Virus record (IMG/VR): IMGVR_UViG_3300044611_001018
Origin: a virus
Lineage: Duplodnaviria > Caudoviricetes
Reading direction: 5' to 3' (one strand)
DNA: 64,000 nucleotides
Part shown: piece by piece, positions 1 to 9,209 of the stretch
How the letters are laid out: each line of letters begins with the position of its first letter
How positions within the stretch are numbered: the first letter of the stretch is position 1
The notes under the pieces: model-generated
Told to the model about the DNA's origin: nothing
Seen by the model: only the letters and a program-made list of their open reading frames with translations
The model's database searches: none
Position numbers and translations under genes: made by a program

Positions 1-287
1 TCTCCTTCACCACAATATCGTAGTAACTCATTGATTGTCTCCTCTACGGTTTCTGCGGGCACAACCATCTGAAAAATACCAGGTTGTGTTCCACCAGTTT
101 TTGTTTGTTTAACTACTTGAACAAGATTTTGAATAGTAGTTGTAACTCCATTAACAAATCCCTTTTCATAAGCTTCCTGAGCCTTTTCATAATTCCTCCT
201 ATAACCCCAAACTTCTATTCCTGCTTTCATCATACGACGGGACATTCCTTCTCCCATTCTACCCAATCCAATTAATCCAACTTTCAT
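1..287 (-). CDS. gnd: 6-phosphogluconate dehydrogenase, N-terminal part (runs off window edge)
   Basis: Manual translation MKVGLIGLGRMGEGMSRRMMKAGIEVWGY, Rossmann GxGxxG; directly downstream of zwf. Confidence 0.9.
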   Translation of the reverse strand, partial: MKVGLIGLGRMGEGMSRRMMKAGIEVWGYRRNYEKAQEAYEKGFVNGVTTTIQNLVQVVKQTKTGGTQPGIFQMVVPAETVEETINELLRYCGEG

Positions 288-296
288 TTTTTACTC

Positions 297-1628
297 CTAT
301 TTTAATTTGAGTGGATAGTCCCACTTAGTAATCAGTTCTGTTTTTTGCCAAGGTCCCCAAACACCTTCATTATAAAGATATGGCATTGTCATAATCCTAC
401 ATTGATCTCCAGTGCATAAAAGATCATCAACAATTCTCCAAGATTCTAATACCTCATCAGCATGAACAAAGTGCGATTGATCTTCGTTGATTGCATCATA
501 AAAGAGTTTCACATAACCATCAATTGCTTTCTCTACAGGATAATGATACTGAAGAATTGCGGGTTCTACCATATCATTTAGTCCAGGAGATTTAATATCA
601 ATACGCATATCCAGATGAGGATCTGGTTGCAGTCTCATTACAATTCTGTCATTACATTCATGTCCCTCAAACAATTGTTGTGGAGGTGACTTGAACTTAA
701 TCACAACTTCAACGCAATTTACAGGCATCTTCTTACCTGTCATAAAGTAAAAAGGAACACCCTTCCATCTCCAGTTATCAATATACAAATCACCCGCAAC
801 AAAAGTTGGAGTCTGTGAATCTGGATTTACTCCATCTTCACCTTTGTACCCATCATATTGACCAAGAACTACATTATCACCCAGTCTGGTTGCAGCAAGA
901 ACTTTGACTTTCTCTCTGCGAATCTCTTTAGCATCATTCCTACAAGGGGGTTCCATTGCAATTAGTGCAAGCACCTGAAGCATATGGTTTTGAAGCATAT
1001 CTCTGACGGCACCAGCAGTATCATAATACTGGGCACGACCTTCGCAACCTATTGTTTCAGTTGCAAAGATTTGAACTTCTTCTACAAAGTTCCTGTTCCA
1101 AAGTGGCTCCAACAATATATTGCTAAAGCGGGTGGCAAGGATATTATTAACAGTATCTTTACCGAGATAATGGTCAATGCGATATACTTGTTTCTCGCGT
1201 AGATATCCAGCCACCACAGATTGTAGATAATTAGCAGATTGAAGATCGGTGCCAAAAGGTTTTTCAATAATGACTCTTGATTTTTCTGCGTCATCTAACT
1301 TACCTGCTTCTTTTAGGTTTGTAATAGCATCAGCATATCTTTCTGGTGGAACAGAAAGAAAATAAGTTGTGTCTTCATAAGATTCCAATAATTTAAGGGA
1401 TTCAGAATCACTCAAATCACAAGGAACATATTCAAGTCTCTTAATAAACTCTTGAGAATAATTTCCCAATACTTCTATCCAACTCTCTTTAGAGTGATTG
1501 GTTCTGGAAGCACCAATAATCTTCAATCCCTTTGGTAAAAGATTTTTCTTATGAAGAGAATAAAGTGCTGGTATAAGTTTCCTTTTACAAAGGTCTCCAG
1601 TTGCTCCAAATATAACTATTGATTTCAT
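297..1628 (-). CDS. zwf: Glucose-6-phosphate 1-dehydrogenase
   Basis: GATGDL, RIDHYLGK, EKPFG motifs. Confidence 0.97.
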   Translation of the reverse strand: MKSIVIFGATGDLCKRKLIPALYSLHKKNLLPKGLKIIGASRTNHSKESWIEVLGNYSQEFIKRLEYVPCDLSDSESLKLLESYEDTTYFLSVPPERYADAITNLKEAGKLDDAEKSRVIIEKPFGTDLQSANYLQSVVAGYLREKQVYRIDHYLGKDTVNNILATRFSNILLEPLWNRNFVEEVQIFATETIGCEGRAQYYDTAGAVRDMLQNHMLQVLALIAMEPPCRNDAKEIRREKVKVLAATRLGDNVVLGQYDGYKGEDGVNPDSQTPTFVAGDLYIDNWRWKGVPFYFMTGKKMPVNCVEVVIKFKSPPQQLFEGHECNDRIVMRLQPDPHLDMRIDIKSPGLNDMVEPAILQYHYPVEKAIDGYVKLFYDAINEDQSHFVHADEVLESWRIVDDLLCTGDQCRIMTMPYLYNEGVWGPWQKTELITKWDYPLKLK

Positions 1629-2125
1629 ACCATCTCCATTGCTCTTGAGAGTTCAATATAATGATTAATTTCATCGACTGCAATTTCAGCAATCTTTGTA
1701 TCTTCCTGATGATCCCAGAGATAGTTTAGATATGTCTCTGTGGCGTGAAACTCAATGCCTGCATTCAAGTGATAAGCAGAGACAGGAGCAATAAAATAAT
1801 AACCCACCAGAATCCAATAATAGATGAGAACCAGGTGATAAGCAATAAAACGATCATACCAACGGTCGGCACCACCACGCCTTTCCATTTCGATGAGGTG
1901 TTCGGTTTCATTGAGTGTCTGAGCAAAGTGTTCTTTCATCAAATAGTAGTGTGATAAATCTCTGAGTCCTAATGATTCTTTAAGATGCAGCACACTCACG
2001 AAAGCAAAGTATGGTGCTCTGGCAATTGTTTCCAAAACCCAGAACCTTTGTATGGGTAGGTCACGATACAAAAAATCAATGATTGATATTGTGACTAATA
2101 GAATTGTATCGTTAAACTTTTTCAT
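1625..2125 (-). CDS. ptoX: Plastoquinol terminal oxidase (alternative oxidase family)
   Basis: RFWVLETIARAPYFAF, di-iron E/ExxH motifs (NETEH, DEINH). Confidence 0.93.
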   Translation of the reverse strand: MKKFNDTILLVTISIIDFLYRDLPIQRFWVLETIARAPYFAFVSVLHLKESLGLRDLSHYYLMKEHFAQTLNETEHLIEMERRGGADRWYDRFIAYHLVLIYYWILVGYYFIAPVSAYHLNAGIEFHATETYLNYLWDHQEDTKIAEIAVDEINHYIELSRAMEMV

Positions 2126-2783
2126 CGTTCACACTTTTGAGAACTTCTTCCCAATCTTTTTGGAACAAATCAAGACCTTTTTCAGTCATAATGTTCTTAT
2201 ACATTGCCCAAAATACTACTGGAGGGATTGTAACCACATCTGCACCATTAAGAGCAGATTGTTCTACCTGTCTTACATCACGAAGAGATGCTGCAAGAAT
2301 TTGTGTAGATGTTCCTGAGTAATCAAATGCCTTACGGATATTTTTGATAAGTTCAATCCCATCAATTGAGTTATCCATCCAACGTCCAACAAATGGTGAG
2401 ATGAATGTTGCTCCTGCTTTAGATGCAAGGATTGCTTGAGCGACGGAGAATACCAGGGTTACATTAACTTGAATTCCTTTATCAGTCAGAAACTTACAAG
2501 TCTTAAGTCCTTCTACGGTACAAGGAACTTTAATTGTAACTGCTGGTGCAATTGTATAAAATTTTTGTGCTTGTGAAAGCATTTCTTCTGAAGTATCTGC
2601 AACAACCTCTGCAGAAATACTTTCTAAGTTTTTAAACTCTGTTGCAATCTCTTGAATAACATTCAAAAGTTGTCTTCCACTTTTTAAAATAAGTGACGGA
2701 TTTGTAGTGACTCCATCCAATAATCCAGTCTCATATGCTGGACTAATCATTGAAACATCTGCAGTATCTAGAAAGATCTTCAT
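2112..2783 (-). CDS. talC: Transaldolase, TalC/FSA type
   Basis: MKIFLDTAD, GVTTNPSLI, TIKVP Schiff-base Lys; start trimmed to MKIF. Confidence 0.96.
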   Translation of the reverse strand: MKIFLDTADVSMISPAYETGLLDGVTTNPSLILKSGRQLLNVIQEIATEFKNLESISAEVVADTSEEMLSQAQKFYTIAPAVTIKVPCTVEGLKTCKFLTDKGIQVNVTLVFSVAQAILASKAGATFISPFVGRWMDNSIDGIELIKNIRKAFDYSGTSTQILAASLRDVRQVEQSALNGADVVTIPPVVFWAMYKNIMTEKGLDLFQKDWEEVLKSVNDEKV

Positions 2784-2861
2784 AAAAAAGTAAGAACTCA
2801 TAAGTAATTATACGGAGTTCTTTCTAAGGTGTTAGTTTTTGTTATGAATTAAAGACATAAT

Positions 2862-2883
2862 AAAAAAGACCCCGAAGGGTCTT
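2862..2883 (-). terminator. Rho-independent terminator after psbD
   Basis: AAGACCC-TTCG-GGGTCTT followed by T-tract on minus strand. Confidence 0.85.
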
Positions 2884-2889
2884 ATAAAA

Positions 2890-3951
2890 TCAAAGAGCAT
2901 TTCCTCGCGGTAGAACTTCCTCTGGGAACACAAAGTTCTCATGGGGTTGATCTACTGGAGCCATCCACGCTCTAAGTCCCTCATTAAGGAGGATATTCTT
3001 CGTATAGAACGTTTCAAACTCTGGGTCCTCTGCCGCTCTAATCTCCTGAGATACAAAGTCGTATGCACGTAGATTGAGAGCAAGACCGATGATGCCAATA
3101 GAAGAAGTCCAGAGACCCATAACTGGCACAAAAAGCATAAAGAAGTGCAACCAACGCTTATTACTAAAAGCAATACCGAAGATCTGAGACCAGAATCGGT
3201 TCGCAGTAACCATAGAATACGTCTCTTCCTCTTGAGTTGGTTCAAATGCTTTGAAAGTATTCGACTGTTCACTATCTTCATAGAGTGTGTTTTCTACAGT
3301 TGCTCCATGAATCGCACAGAGCAGTGCTCCTCCCAGTATACCAGCAACTCCCATCATATGGAAGGGGTTAAGGGTCCAGTTGTGGAAACCTTGTAGGAAC
3401 AGAAGGAACCTGAAGATTGCAGCAACACCAAATGAAGGTGCAAAGAACCAACTGGATTGTCCCAGTGGATACATCAAGAATACAGAAACAAATACTGCAA
3501 TAGGACCAGAGAATGCGATTGCGTTATATGGACGGATACCTACCAGACGAGCAATCTCAAACTGACGAAGCATGAATCCAATCAAACTAAAGGCGCCGTG
3601 GAGTGCCACAAAAGTCCAGAGTCCCCCAAGTTGGAACCACCTGACGATATCCCCTTGAGCCTCAGGACCCCAAAGTAGAAGAAGAGAATGACCCATAGAA
3701 TCTGCAGGCGTTGACACAGCCGCTGTAAGGAAATTAGCACCCTCAAGATAACTAGACGCCAACCCGTGGGTGTACCAGCTTGTAACAAACGTCGTGCCAG
3801 TAAGCCAACCACCAAGGGCAAGATAAGCAGTGGGAAAAAGTAATAGTCCAGACCAACCCACAAATACAAAGCGATCTCGTTTAAGCCAGTCATCCAGGAC
3901 ATCGAACCATCCTCTTTGTGAAATTGGTTGTGAAAGTGTTGAAGAAGTCAT
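2890..3951 (-). CDS. psbD: Photosystem II D2 protein
   Basis: Full D2 sequence, [14 protein letters not shown] ... [10 protein letters not shown]. Confidence 0.99.
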   Translation of the reverse strand: MTSSTLSQPISQRGWFDVLDDWLKRDRFVFVGWSGLLLFPTAYLALGGWLTGTTFVTSWYTHGLASSYLEGANFLTAAVSTPADSMGHSLLLLWGPEAQGDIVRWFQLGGLWTFVALHGAFSLIGFMLRQFEIARLVGIRPYNAIAFSGPIAVFVSVFLMYPLGQSSWFFAPSFGVAAIFRFLLFLQGFHNWTLNPFHMMGVAGILGGALLCAIHGATVENTLYEDSEQSNTFKAFEPTQEEETYSMVTANRFWSQIFGIAFSNKRWLHFFMLFVPVMGLWTSSIGIIGLALNLRAYDFVSQEIRAAEDPEFETFYTKNILLNEGLRAWMAPVDQPHENFVFPEEVLPRGNAL

Positions 3952-3976
3952 AACCTCCTATGTATTTCTCATATTT

Positions 3977-4005
3977 ATCTTAACATTCCTTAACAAAGAG
4001 GTCAA
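3977..4005 (-). promoter_or_regulatory. Sigma70-type promoter of psbD
   Basis: TTGACC-N17-TAAGAT, followed by late-like ATAAATA. Confidence 0.7.
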
Positions 4006-4018
4006 TGAGTATTAGTGC

Positions 4019-4222
4019 TTATCCAATTACAACGAGAGAATCAAATGAGCAATCATATGTTCCTTTACGATTGGTGTCTAAGTATCTAACTTTCATTGCA
4101 ATTGGAGGAAAATATTCATCATCTTTATCATACATAAAACCTAGAATTTCAAATTCTCTTCCGTGCCGTCTTTGAATTGGATTATTAATCCTACAAATAT
4201 CACCTACTTTAAAAATAAACAT
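4019..4222 (-). CDS. Small hypothetical protein (SH3/KOW-like look)
   Basis: 67-aa ORF in operon orientation. Confidence 0.55.
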   Translation of the reverse strand: MFIFKVGDICRINNPIQRRHGREFEILGFMYDKDDEYFPPIAMKVRYLDTNRKGTYDCSFDSLVVIG

Positions 4223-4228
4223 AAATTT

Positions 4229-4351
4229 CTATCCCCAATAAATTACCCCAAGAGTGAATAAAACAAATACAAGAACTGTGAATACCATCATACCTACACC
4301 TGCCCAGATTACCCAATTAGGTACAGGTTCGTGTTGAGTATTATGAGACAT
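4229..4351 (-). CDS. 40-aa single-TM membrane peptide
   Basis: Manual translation MSHNTQHEPVPNWVIWAGVGMMVFTVLVFVLFTLGVIYWG. Confidence 0.6.
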   Translation of the reverse strand: MSHNTQHEPVPNWVIWAGVGMMVFTVLVFVLFTLGVIYWG

Positions 4352-4378
4352 AAAAAAAGAGGGTTGTTATACCCTCTT
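4352..4378 (-). terminator. Rho-independent terminator after psbA
   Basis: AAGAGGG stem with T7 tail on minus strand. Confidence 0.85.
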
Positions 4379-4403
4379 AATTATATCAGTTATTCAGTTT
4401 TTA

Positions 4404-5486
4404 TCAACCGATTGCAGGTGCGGTGAGAGCAATAGGAGTGCTTTCAGCAGCAGCAAGGTCAAGTGGGAAGTTGTGAGCATTACGTTCATGCATCACTTCC
4501 ATACCCAGACCAGCACGGTTCAGAACATCTGCCCAAGTATTGAGCACACGACCTTGACTATCAACGATGGACTGGTTGAAGTTGAAACCGTTGAGGTTGA
4601 ATGCCATGGTGCTAACACCAAGAGCAGTGAACCAGATGCCAACTACAGGCCATGCAGCGAGGAAGAAGTGCAGCGAACGTGAGTTATTAAAGGAAGCATA
4701 TTGGAAGATAAGGCGACCAAAGTAACCGTGGGCAGCAACGATGTTATAAGTTTCTTCTTCTTGACCAAACTTGTAACCATAATTCTGGGACTCGTTTTCG
4801 GTAGTTTCACGAACCAGCGAGGAAGTAACCAGAGAACCGTGCATAGCACTGAACAGAGAACCACCAAACACACCAGCAACACCAAGCATATGGAAGGGGT
4901 GCATCAGGATGTTGTGCTCTGCCTGGAACACAAGCATATAGTTGAACGTACCAGAGATACCCAGAGGCATCGCATCAGAGAAAGAACCTTGACCAAAAGG
5001 ATAAACCAGGAACACTGCACTCGCAGCAGCGACAGGTGCGCTGTAAGCAACACAGATCCAAGGACGCATACCCAGACGATAAGAGAGTTCCCACTCACGA
5101 CCCATGTAGGCGTAGATACCAATCAGGAAGTGGAACACAACCAGTTGGAACGGACCACCGTTGTAAAGCCACTCATCTAGGGAAGCAGCTTCCCAGATGG
5201 GATAAAAGTGCAGTCCAATAGCATTGGACGAAGGAATGACAGCACCAGAGATGATGTTGTTTCCGTACATGAGTGAACCAGCAACGGGTTCACGGATACC
5301 ATCAATGTCCACAGGAGGAGCACCGATGAATGCGATGATGAAACAAGTTGTAGCAGCAAGCAGGGTGGGAATCATCAGAACACCGAACCAACCAACATAA
5401 AGACGGTTATCGGTTGAAGTAACCCAGTTGCAGAACTGTTCCCAAGTATTCGATTGTTGTTGACGTGAAGCGATTGAAGCAGTCAT
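4404..5486 (-). CDS. psbA: Photosystem II D1 protein, no intron
   Basis: Full D1 sequence, [11 protein letters not shown]-like N-terminus and HNFPLDLA. Confidence 0.99.
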   Translation of the reverse strand: MTASIASRQQQSNTWEQFCNWVTSTDNRLYVGWFGVLMIPTLLAATTCFIIAFIGAPPVDIDGIREPVAGSLMYGNNIISGAVIPSSNAIGLHFYPIWEAASLDEWLYNGGPFQLVVFHFLIGIYAYMGREWELSYRLGMRPWICVAYSAPVAAASAVFLVYPFGQGSFSDAMPLGISGTFNYMLVFQAEHNILMHPFHMLGVAGVFGGSLFSAMHGSLVTSSLVRETTENESQNYGYKFGQEEETYNIVAAHGYFGRLIFQYASFNNSRSLHFFLAAWPVVGIWFTALGVSTMAFNLNGFNFNQSIVDSQGRVLNTWADVLNRAGLGMEVMHERNAHNFPLDLAAAESTPIALTAPAIG

Positions 5487-5494
5487 TTGTTTAA

Positions 5495-5600
5495 AAAAAG
5501 TAGTAAGACCATCAGGGAAATGGTGGTGATACTATGCTCCCCGCACCCTCAGCGGGGATATGAGAGACGTTTTTATACTCCCCATAGGTCTCGGTTAGTG
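5495..5600 (-). ncRNA. Structured psbA 5' leader, probably PhotoRC-II motif
   Basis: GAGAC/GTCTC and CCCCGC/GCGGGG stems in psbA leader; family name recalled from memory, not searched. Confidence 0.6.
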
Positions 5601-5603
5601 GGA

Positions 5604-5641
5604 GTTACAAACATTAAAGATTTGTTACGTTCCTTAACGTT
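5604..5641. promoter_or_regulatory. Tandem HLR1-like (RpaB) repeat array in psbA leader
   Basis: GTTACAAA-CA-TTAAAGAT-TT-GTTACGTT-CC-TTAACGTT, 10-bp period. Confidence 0.6.
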
Positions 5642-5646
5642 TGATG

Positions 5647-5680
5647 TATTTATATTAACATATCCTCATACTGGTGTCAA
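5647..5680 (-). promoter_or_regulatory. psbA promoter: sigma70 plus overlapping T4 late promoter
   Basis: TTGACA-N17-TAATAT and TATAAATA at 5647-5654. Confidence 0.75.
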
Positions 5681-5781
5681 GGTCATTTGACGGTTAATTT
5701 ATTTGGAGACCTTATGGAAAACCGAATACTAATAAAAGAATCTTACTAAATAAATAAAAAGAGATTTCTCAAGAAGGACAG

Positions 5782-5973
5782 ATGTTAAACGCACCTACAA
5801 GAGCTAGACTTCTAGCAATTTGCAACGACGTAAAAAATAAAAAAACAGTTTCTGAAATGAATCTCGTATGGGCGCAAAAAAATGCTATCCATGATGAAGA
5901 AGCAACAGAACTATTAAAGGCAGCAGGACAATATATTGAAGCTGCCGATCAAGAAGATACTACAGAAGTCTGA
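5782..5973 (+). CDS. Small hypothetical protein
   Basis: 63-aa ORF with upstream CTAAATA and AAGGA RBS, ends at shared terminator. Confidence 0.6.
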   Translation: MLNAPTRARLLAICNDVKNKKTVSEMNLVWAQKNAIHDEEATELLKAAGQYIEAADQEDTTEV

Positions 5974-5987
5974 TAAATTAAAGACAT

Positions 5988-6019
5988 AAAAATAGGGGGC
6001 ATATGCCCCCCTTTTTTTT
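5988..6019. terminator. Bidirectional terminator between convergent genes
   Basis: GGGGGC-ATAT-GCCCCC flanked by A- and T-tracts. Confidence 0.8.
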
Positions 6020-6515
6020 ATTTCGTATTCAGATATTTAATTACTTCTTCTGGAGTAGAATTTACATAAGGATCGTCTTCTGCATTAGAACGCTGTCCAG
6101 GTTCTACAGACATCCATTCAATTACACCATCATTAATTACTGCAGCATAACGCCAAGAACGATTGCCAAATCCAAGATTGTTTTTCGATACAAGCATTCC
6201 CATCTCACGAGTAAACTCAGCATTGCCATCAGGAATTAACTTAACCTTTTCAATTCCTTGGTCTTTTGCCCAGGCATTCATTACAAATCCATCATTAACA
6301 GAAATGCAATAAATCTCATCAATTCCCTTCTCTCGGATTACATCATAGTTATCTTCAAATCCAGGAAGTTGATAAGCACTGCAGGTAGGAGTAAATGCTC
6401 CAGGGAGTGAGAAAATTACAACTCTCTTATTAGAAAAAATTTCAGTAGAAGAACGGGTCACAAATTCTCCATTCTCACGAAATACAAAATTAATAGCAGG
6501 AACTTGATTATCCAT
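6018..6515 (-). CDS. Peroxiredoxin (Prx5/type II)
   Basis: FSLPGAFTPTCS, CISVNDGFVMNAW, RSWRYAAVI. Confidence 0.93.
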   Translation of the reverse strand: MDNQVPAINFVFRENGEFVTRSSTEIFSNKRVVIFSLPGAFTPTCSAYQLPGFEDNYDVIREKGIDEIYCISVNDGFVMNAWAKDQGIEKVKLIPDGNAEFTREMGMLVSKNNLGFGNRSWRYAAVINDGVIEWMSVEPGQRSNAEDDPYVNSTPEEVIKYLNTK

Positions 6516-6527
6516 ATAAATTAAAAA

Positions 6528-6647
6528 TCAAAAAATACCAGGAATAATTTGTCCAGTTGTGATGTAAGTGCCAACAGCAATTACAAATCCAAGCATAGCG
6601 AGACGAGCATTAAGAATCTCAGCCTCAGGGGTCCATCCAAATTTCAT
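6528..6647 (-). CDS. hli: High-light inducible protein (39 aa, below ORF-track cutoff)
   Basis: Manual translation [39 protein letters not shown], ExxNxRxAM motif. Confidence 0.92.
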   Translation of the reverse strand: MKFGWTPEAEILNARLAMLGFVIAVGTYITTGQIIPGIF

Positions 6648-6955
6648 TTTGTTTCTCCTTTGTAAGAATGTTGTTGTTTAAGTTCAGTATTGGGTTGAGA
6701 AGGAACTACAGGGTTCCTTGATTTATTTTTAATAACAATGAAAGCATCGTTCTGATATGTTACGGTTCCAAATGGTTTTGCCCATTTTGGATTTGCATCT
6801 GGATGAGTTGCAGTTCCTGTAACTGCAACGCCACCAATTTCTACAGAGAGTTCATCGTTGGCATCCCATCCAAGTTTTTCAAGGGCAATTGCAAATTGCC
6901 CGAGCATACCACCAGTACCCATAACACTTTCTTCTGGTTCAAGATTTCCAATCAC
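6644..6955 (-). CDS. Hypothetical protein
   Basis: 103 aa, overlaps both neighbours by 4 nt (translational coupling). Confidence 0.7.
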   Translation of the reverse strand: MIGNLEPEESVMGTGGMLGQFAIALEKLGWDANDELSVEIGGVAVTGTATHPDANPKWAKPFGTVTYQNDAFIVIKNKSRNPVVPSQPNTELKQQHSYKGETK

Positions 6956-7242
6956 AAGTTCTCTTCCTGCTCAGTCAGAATAACACAGTCACTAGTAGGA
7001 TAGGCAACACAGGTAAGCACCCAACCATCTGCTAGTTGTTCATCATCAAGGAACGATTGCTCCTCATTATCCACAGTGCCGCTGATTAGTTTACCAGCGC
7101 AAGCAGAGCAAGCACCAGCACGGCAAGATGAAGGAAGATCAACTCCTGCCTCTTCAGCAGCTTCTAGAATGTATTGGTCTTCGGCACACTGGATAGTGGT
7201 TTCGCCATCAGGGGTTTGAAGTGTAACGCTATAAACGGTCAT
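6952..7242 (-). CDS. petF: Plant-type [2Fe-2S] ferredoxin
   Basis: [13 protein letters not shown] ... VLTCVAYP. Confidence 0.97.
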   Translation of the reverse strand: MTVYSVTLQTPDGETTIQCAEDQYILEAAEEAGVDLPSSCRAGACSACAGKLISGTVDNEEQSFLDDEQLADGWVLTCVAYPTSDCVILTEQEENL

Positions 7243-7328
7243 CAGTAAGTCTCACAAAGTTTTTCTACGGATGCTGCCAGAAGAACGAAAAAGGCAACAC
7301 TAGTAATTGTAAAGATAGTTGAAGTCAT
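7242..7328 (-). CDS. 28-aa hydrophobic peptide coupled to petF
   Basis: Manual translation [33 protein letters not shown] overlap with petF. Confidence 0.55.
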   Translation of the reverse strand: MTSTIFTITSVAFFVLLAASVEKLCETY

Positions 7329-7341
7329 TGTCAATCAATTG

Positions 7342-7536
7342 TCAGAAGATGCCGAAGAAGAGTTTGCCAGTGCCAACATAAGAAATGAGACCAGCAATAA
7401 TACCGACCATTGCCCAGCGCCCATTGTACTTCTCCTTTACTTGGTTGGGAGTATCCATCCCATAGTTTTCGTAGTACATAGTGGGTTCTTTTGCCCACAT
7501 GTTTTGCTGACCACGATCATTAGTTGTTACAGTCAT
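7342..7536 (-). CDS. hli: High-light inducible protein
   Basis: EKYNGRWAMVGIIAG motif; start trimmed to MTVTTN. Confidence 0.9.
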   Translation of the reverse strand: MTVTTNDRGQQNMWAKEPTMYYENYGMDTPNQVKEKYNGRWAMVGIIAGLISYVGTGKLFFGIF

Positions 7537-7563
7537 TGTACATTCGTTAAGAATTGTTACACA

Positions 7564-7592
7564 ATTATATAGCAAAAATAAAGGGGTGTCAA
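7564..7592 (-). promoter_or_regulatory. Consensus sigma70 promoter for hli-petF-prx operon
   Basis: TTGACA-N17-TATAAT; -35 lies in the GGGGTG/CACCCC porin terminator hairpin. Confidence 0.85.
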
Positions 7593-7601
7593 GCACCCCC
7601 T

Positions 7602-7615
7602 GTATCATATGATAC
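7602..7615. promoter_or_regulatory. NtcA-like palindrome
   Basis: GTATCATATGATAC = GTA-N8-TAC, perfect palindrome. Confidence 0.5.
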
Positions 7616-7631
7616 TTATTTTGTCAGATGA

Positions 7632-9110
7632 TCAGAACCTGAAGGTCGTTTGAATCACACCACCATAGTTAGAAGATGCGTTCTTAAATGCCTGATTGTT
7701 AGAGACATAGAAGATTGCAGGAGTTACGCTAATATTATCGCTAACTTTGTAACGATAAAACGCTTCCCACATCAGAGCGTCTTTGGTCAGAGTAGTCGCG
7801 TTGCCAGGTTGACCGATGGCAAAACCAGAGGCATTGCCCTTAGCAAACACATCGCTCCACTGAACGCCTGCCATCCAAGTCTGAGAGTTGGTTGCAGCAT
7901 TAGGAGTTGCAGGACCACTCACATAGTTCCAACCATAAGCGGCAGAGACCGAAGGAATGATGCCAGACTTCTTGGGTTGCCAGTAAGCATTCAGAGCATA
8001 ACCATTAGAGGTTTGATTAGCGGCAAGAGTACCACCATTACCAGCAACACCGTTAAAGGTACGAATACGAGTGCCTTCAGTACCATTACGATAACCGAAT
8101 GCAATACCATACTGGGGAGCACGATAACCAATCTGTGCCAGAGTGTTCAGAGCACCAGAGGCATCAAATTCACCTTTGGTAGAATCAGAACCGTTCTGAG
8201 CAACATAGTTCAGGTTAGCAACAAAACCTTTCTTACCAGGTTGTGCCCACTGAGCACCGAAACCAGAACCCGTTGCCTTGTTGTAGACACCAGGAGCACC
8301 AGCAACAGCAAAGAAGTCAAGAACATCCGACTTATATGCAGTGGGAATCCATGCCATCTCAGTGTTACGAACCAGAGCACCAGCAGTCAGGGTCACACCC
8401 TTAGCAAGTGCGGGGAAGCTGTAGTACAGACGGTCAAGATTGACTTGGTTCGCATAAGATTCTGCCTTGTCCAGTTTGAACAGAGAAGAGGAAGAACCGA
8501 AGGGTTGACTGGAGAAGTTACCAGAACGCAGACGAGTACGAAGCAGGTCCTTACCAGTGAACGAAGTGTCAAAGTTCAGACGAAGATCGTAGTTGAATGC
8601 AGTATTACCAACATTAGTATTATTAGCAAGACGAGCACCTTCTACACCACCAAGAACAAAAGTTGCTTCACCTTTCAGTTTGGTAGTTGTGGAGAACTGA
8701 GTTGCTTGGAGTTGACCAACTTGGGTTTCCAGTTTGGCAACACGACCACGAATAACAAGAAGTTCGTCAGCAAACTCTTTTGAGAGGCGAGAAAGTTCAT
8801 CAGTAACTTCAGTCACACGGTCAAGGCAAGCATTCAGAAGTGCTGCTGCCTCAAAACGGGTCATTGACTTACCACCAAGATAAGTTCCGTTTTCATAACC
8901 AGCAACGCAACCATAACGCTCAACGAGATTATTGAGTGCCTGATATGCCCAATCAGTGGGTTTTACATCAGACAGTTGAGTAATGCTTGTGACTTGTTCC
9001 GAAGTGGAATATTGGTTGACTGCTGCCATATTAAGGTCTGCGGCATTCGCAGCAACAGGAGCAACCATTCCCATAGCAACAGGTGCAAGCATCAGTTGTT
9101 TGAGTTTCAT
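7632..9110 (-). CDS. Cyanobacterial som-type outer-membrane porin with SLH domain
   Basis: Signal peptide, DVKPTDWAYQAL SLH motif, TRFEAAALL, QFSTTTKL, C-terminal FRF; start trimmed to MKLKQ. Confidence 0.92.
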   Translation of the reverse strand: MKLKQLMLAPVAMGMVAPVAANAADLNMAAVNQYSTSEQVTSITQLSDVKPTDWAYQALNNLVERYGCVAGYENGTYLGGKSMTRFEAAALLNACLDRVTEVTDELSRLSKEFADELLVIRGRVAKLETQVGQLQATQFSTTTKLKGEATFVLGGVEGARLANNTNVGNTAFNYDLRLNFDTSFTGKDLLRTRLRSGNFSSQPFGSSSSLFKLDKAESYANQVNLDRLYYSFPALAKGVTLTAGALVRNTEMAWIPTAYKSDVLDFFAVAGAPGVYNKATGSGFGAQWAQPGKKGFVANLNYVAQNGSDSTKGEFDASGALNTLAQIGYRAPQYGIAFGYRNGTEGTRIRTFNGVAGNGGTLAANQTSNGYALNAYWQPKKSGIIPSVSAAYGWNYVSGPATPNAATNSQTWMAGVQWSDVFAKGNASGFAIGQPGNATTLTKDALMWEAFYRYKVSDNISVTPAIFYVSNNQAFKNASSNYGGVIQTTFRF

Positions 9111-9164
9111 AAATTTGTTTTGATATTTTAGAACTAAAAAACGCCCTGTTTCCAGGACGCAAGC

Positions 9165-9209
9165 ATCATATAACACTTTCTTAAGATTGTCAATTAAATT
9201 TAGGTTAAG
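9165..9209 (-). promoter_or_regulatory. Porin sigma70 promoter with Pho-box-like repeat
   Basis: TTGACA-N17-TATGAT; CTTAACCT-AAA-TTTAATTG overlaps and precedes the -35. Confidence 0.6.

Noticed and set aside
7650-8783. 377-aa plus-strand ORF opposite the porin
   Set aside because: Antisense shadow of a strongly codon-biased gene; no motif or RBS. The same applies to short ORFs opposite psbA, psbD and nrdA.
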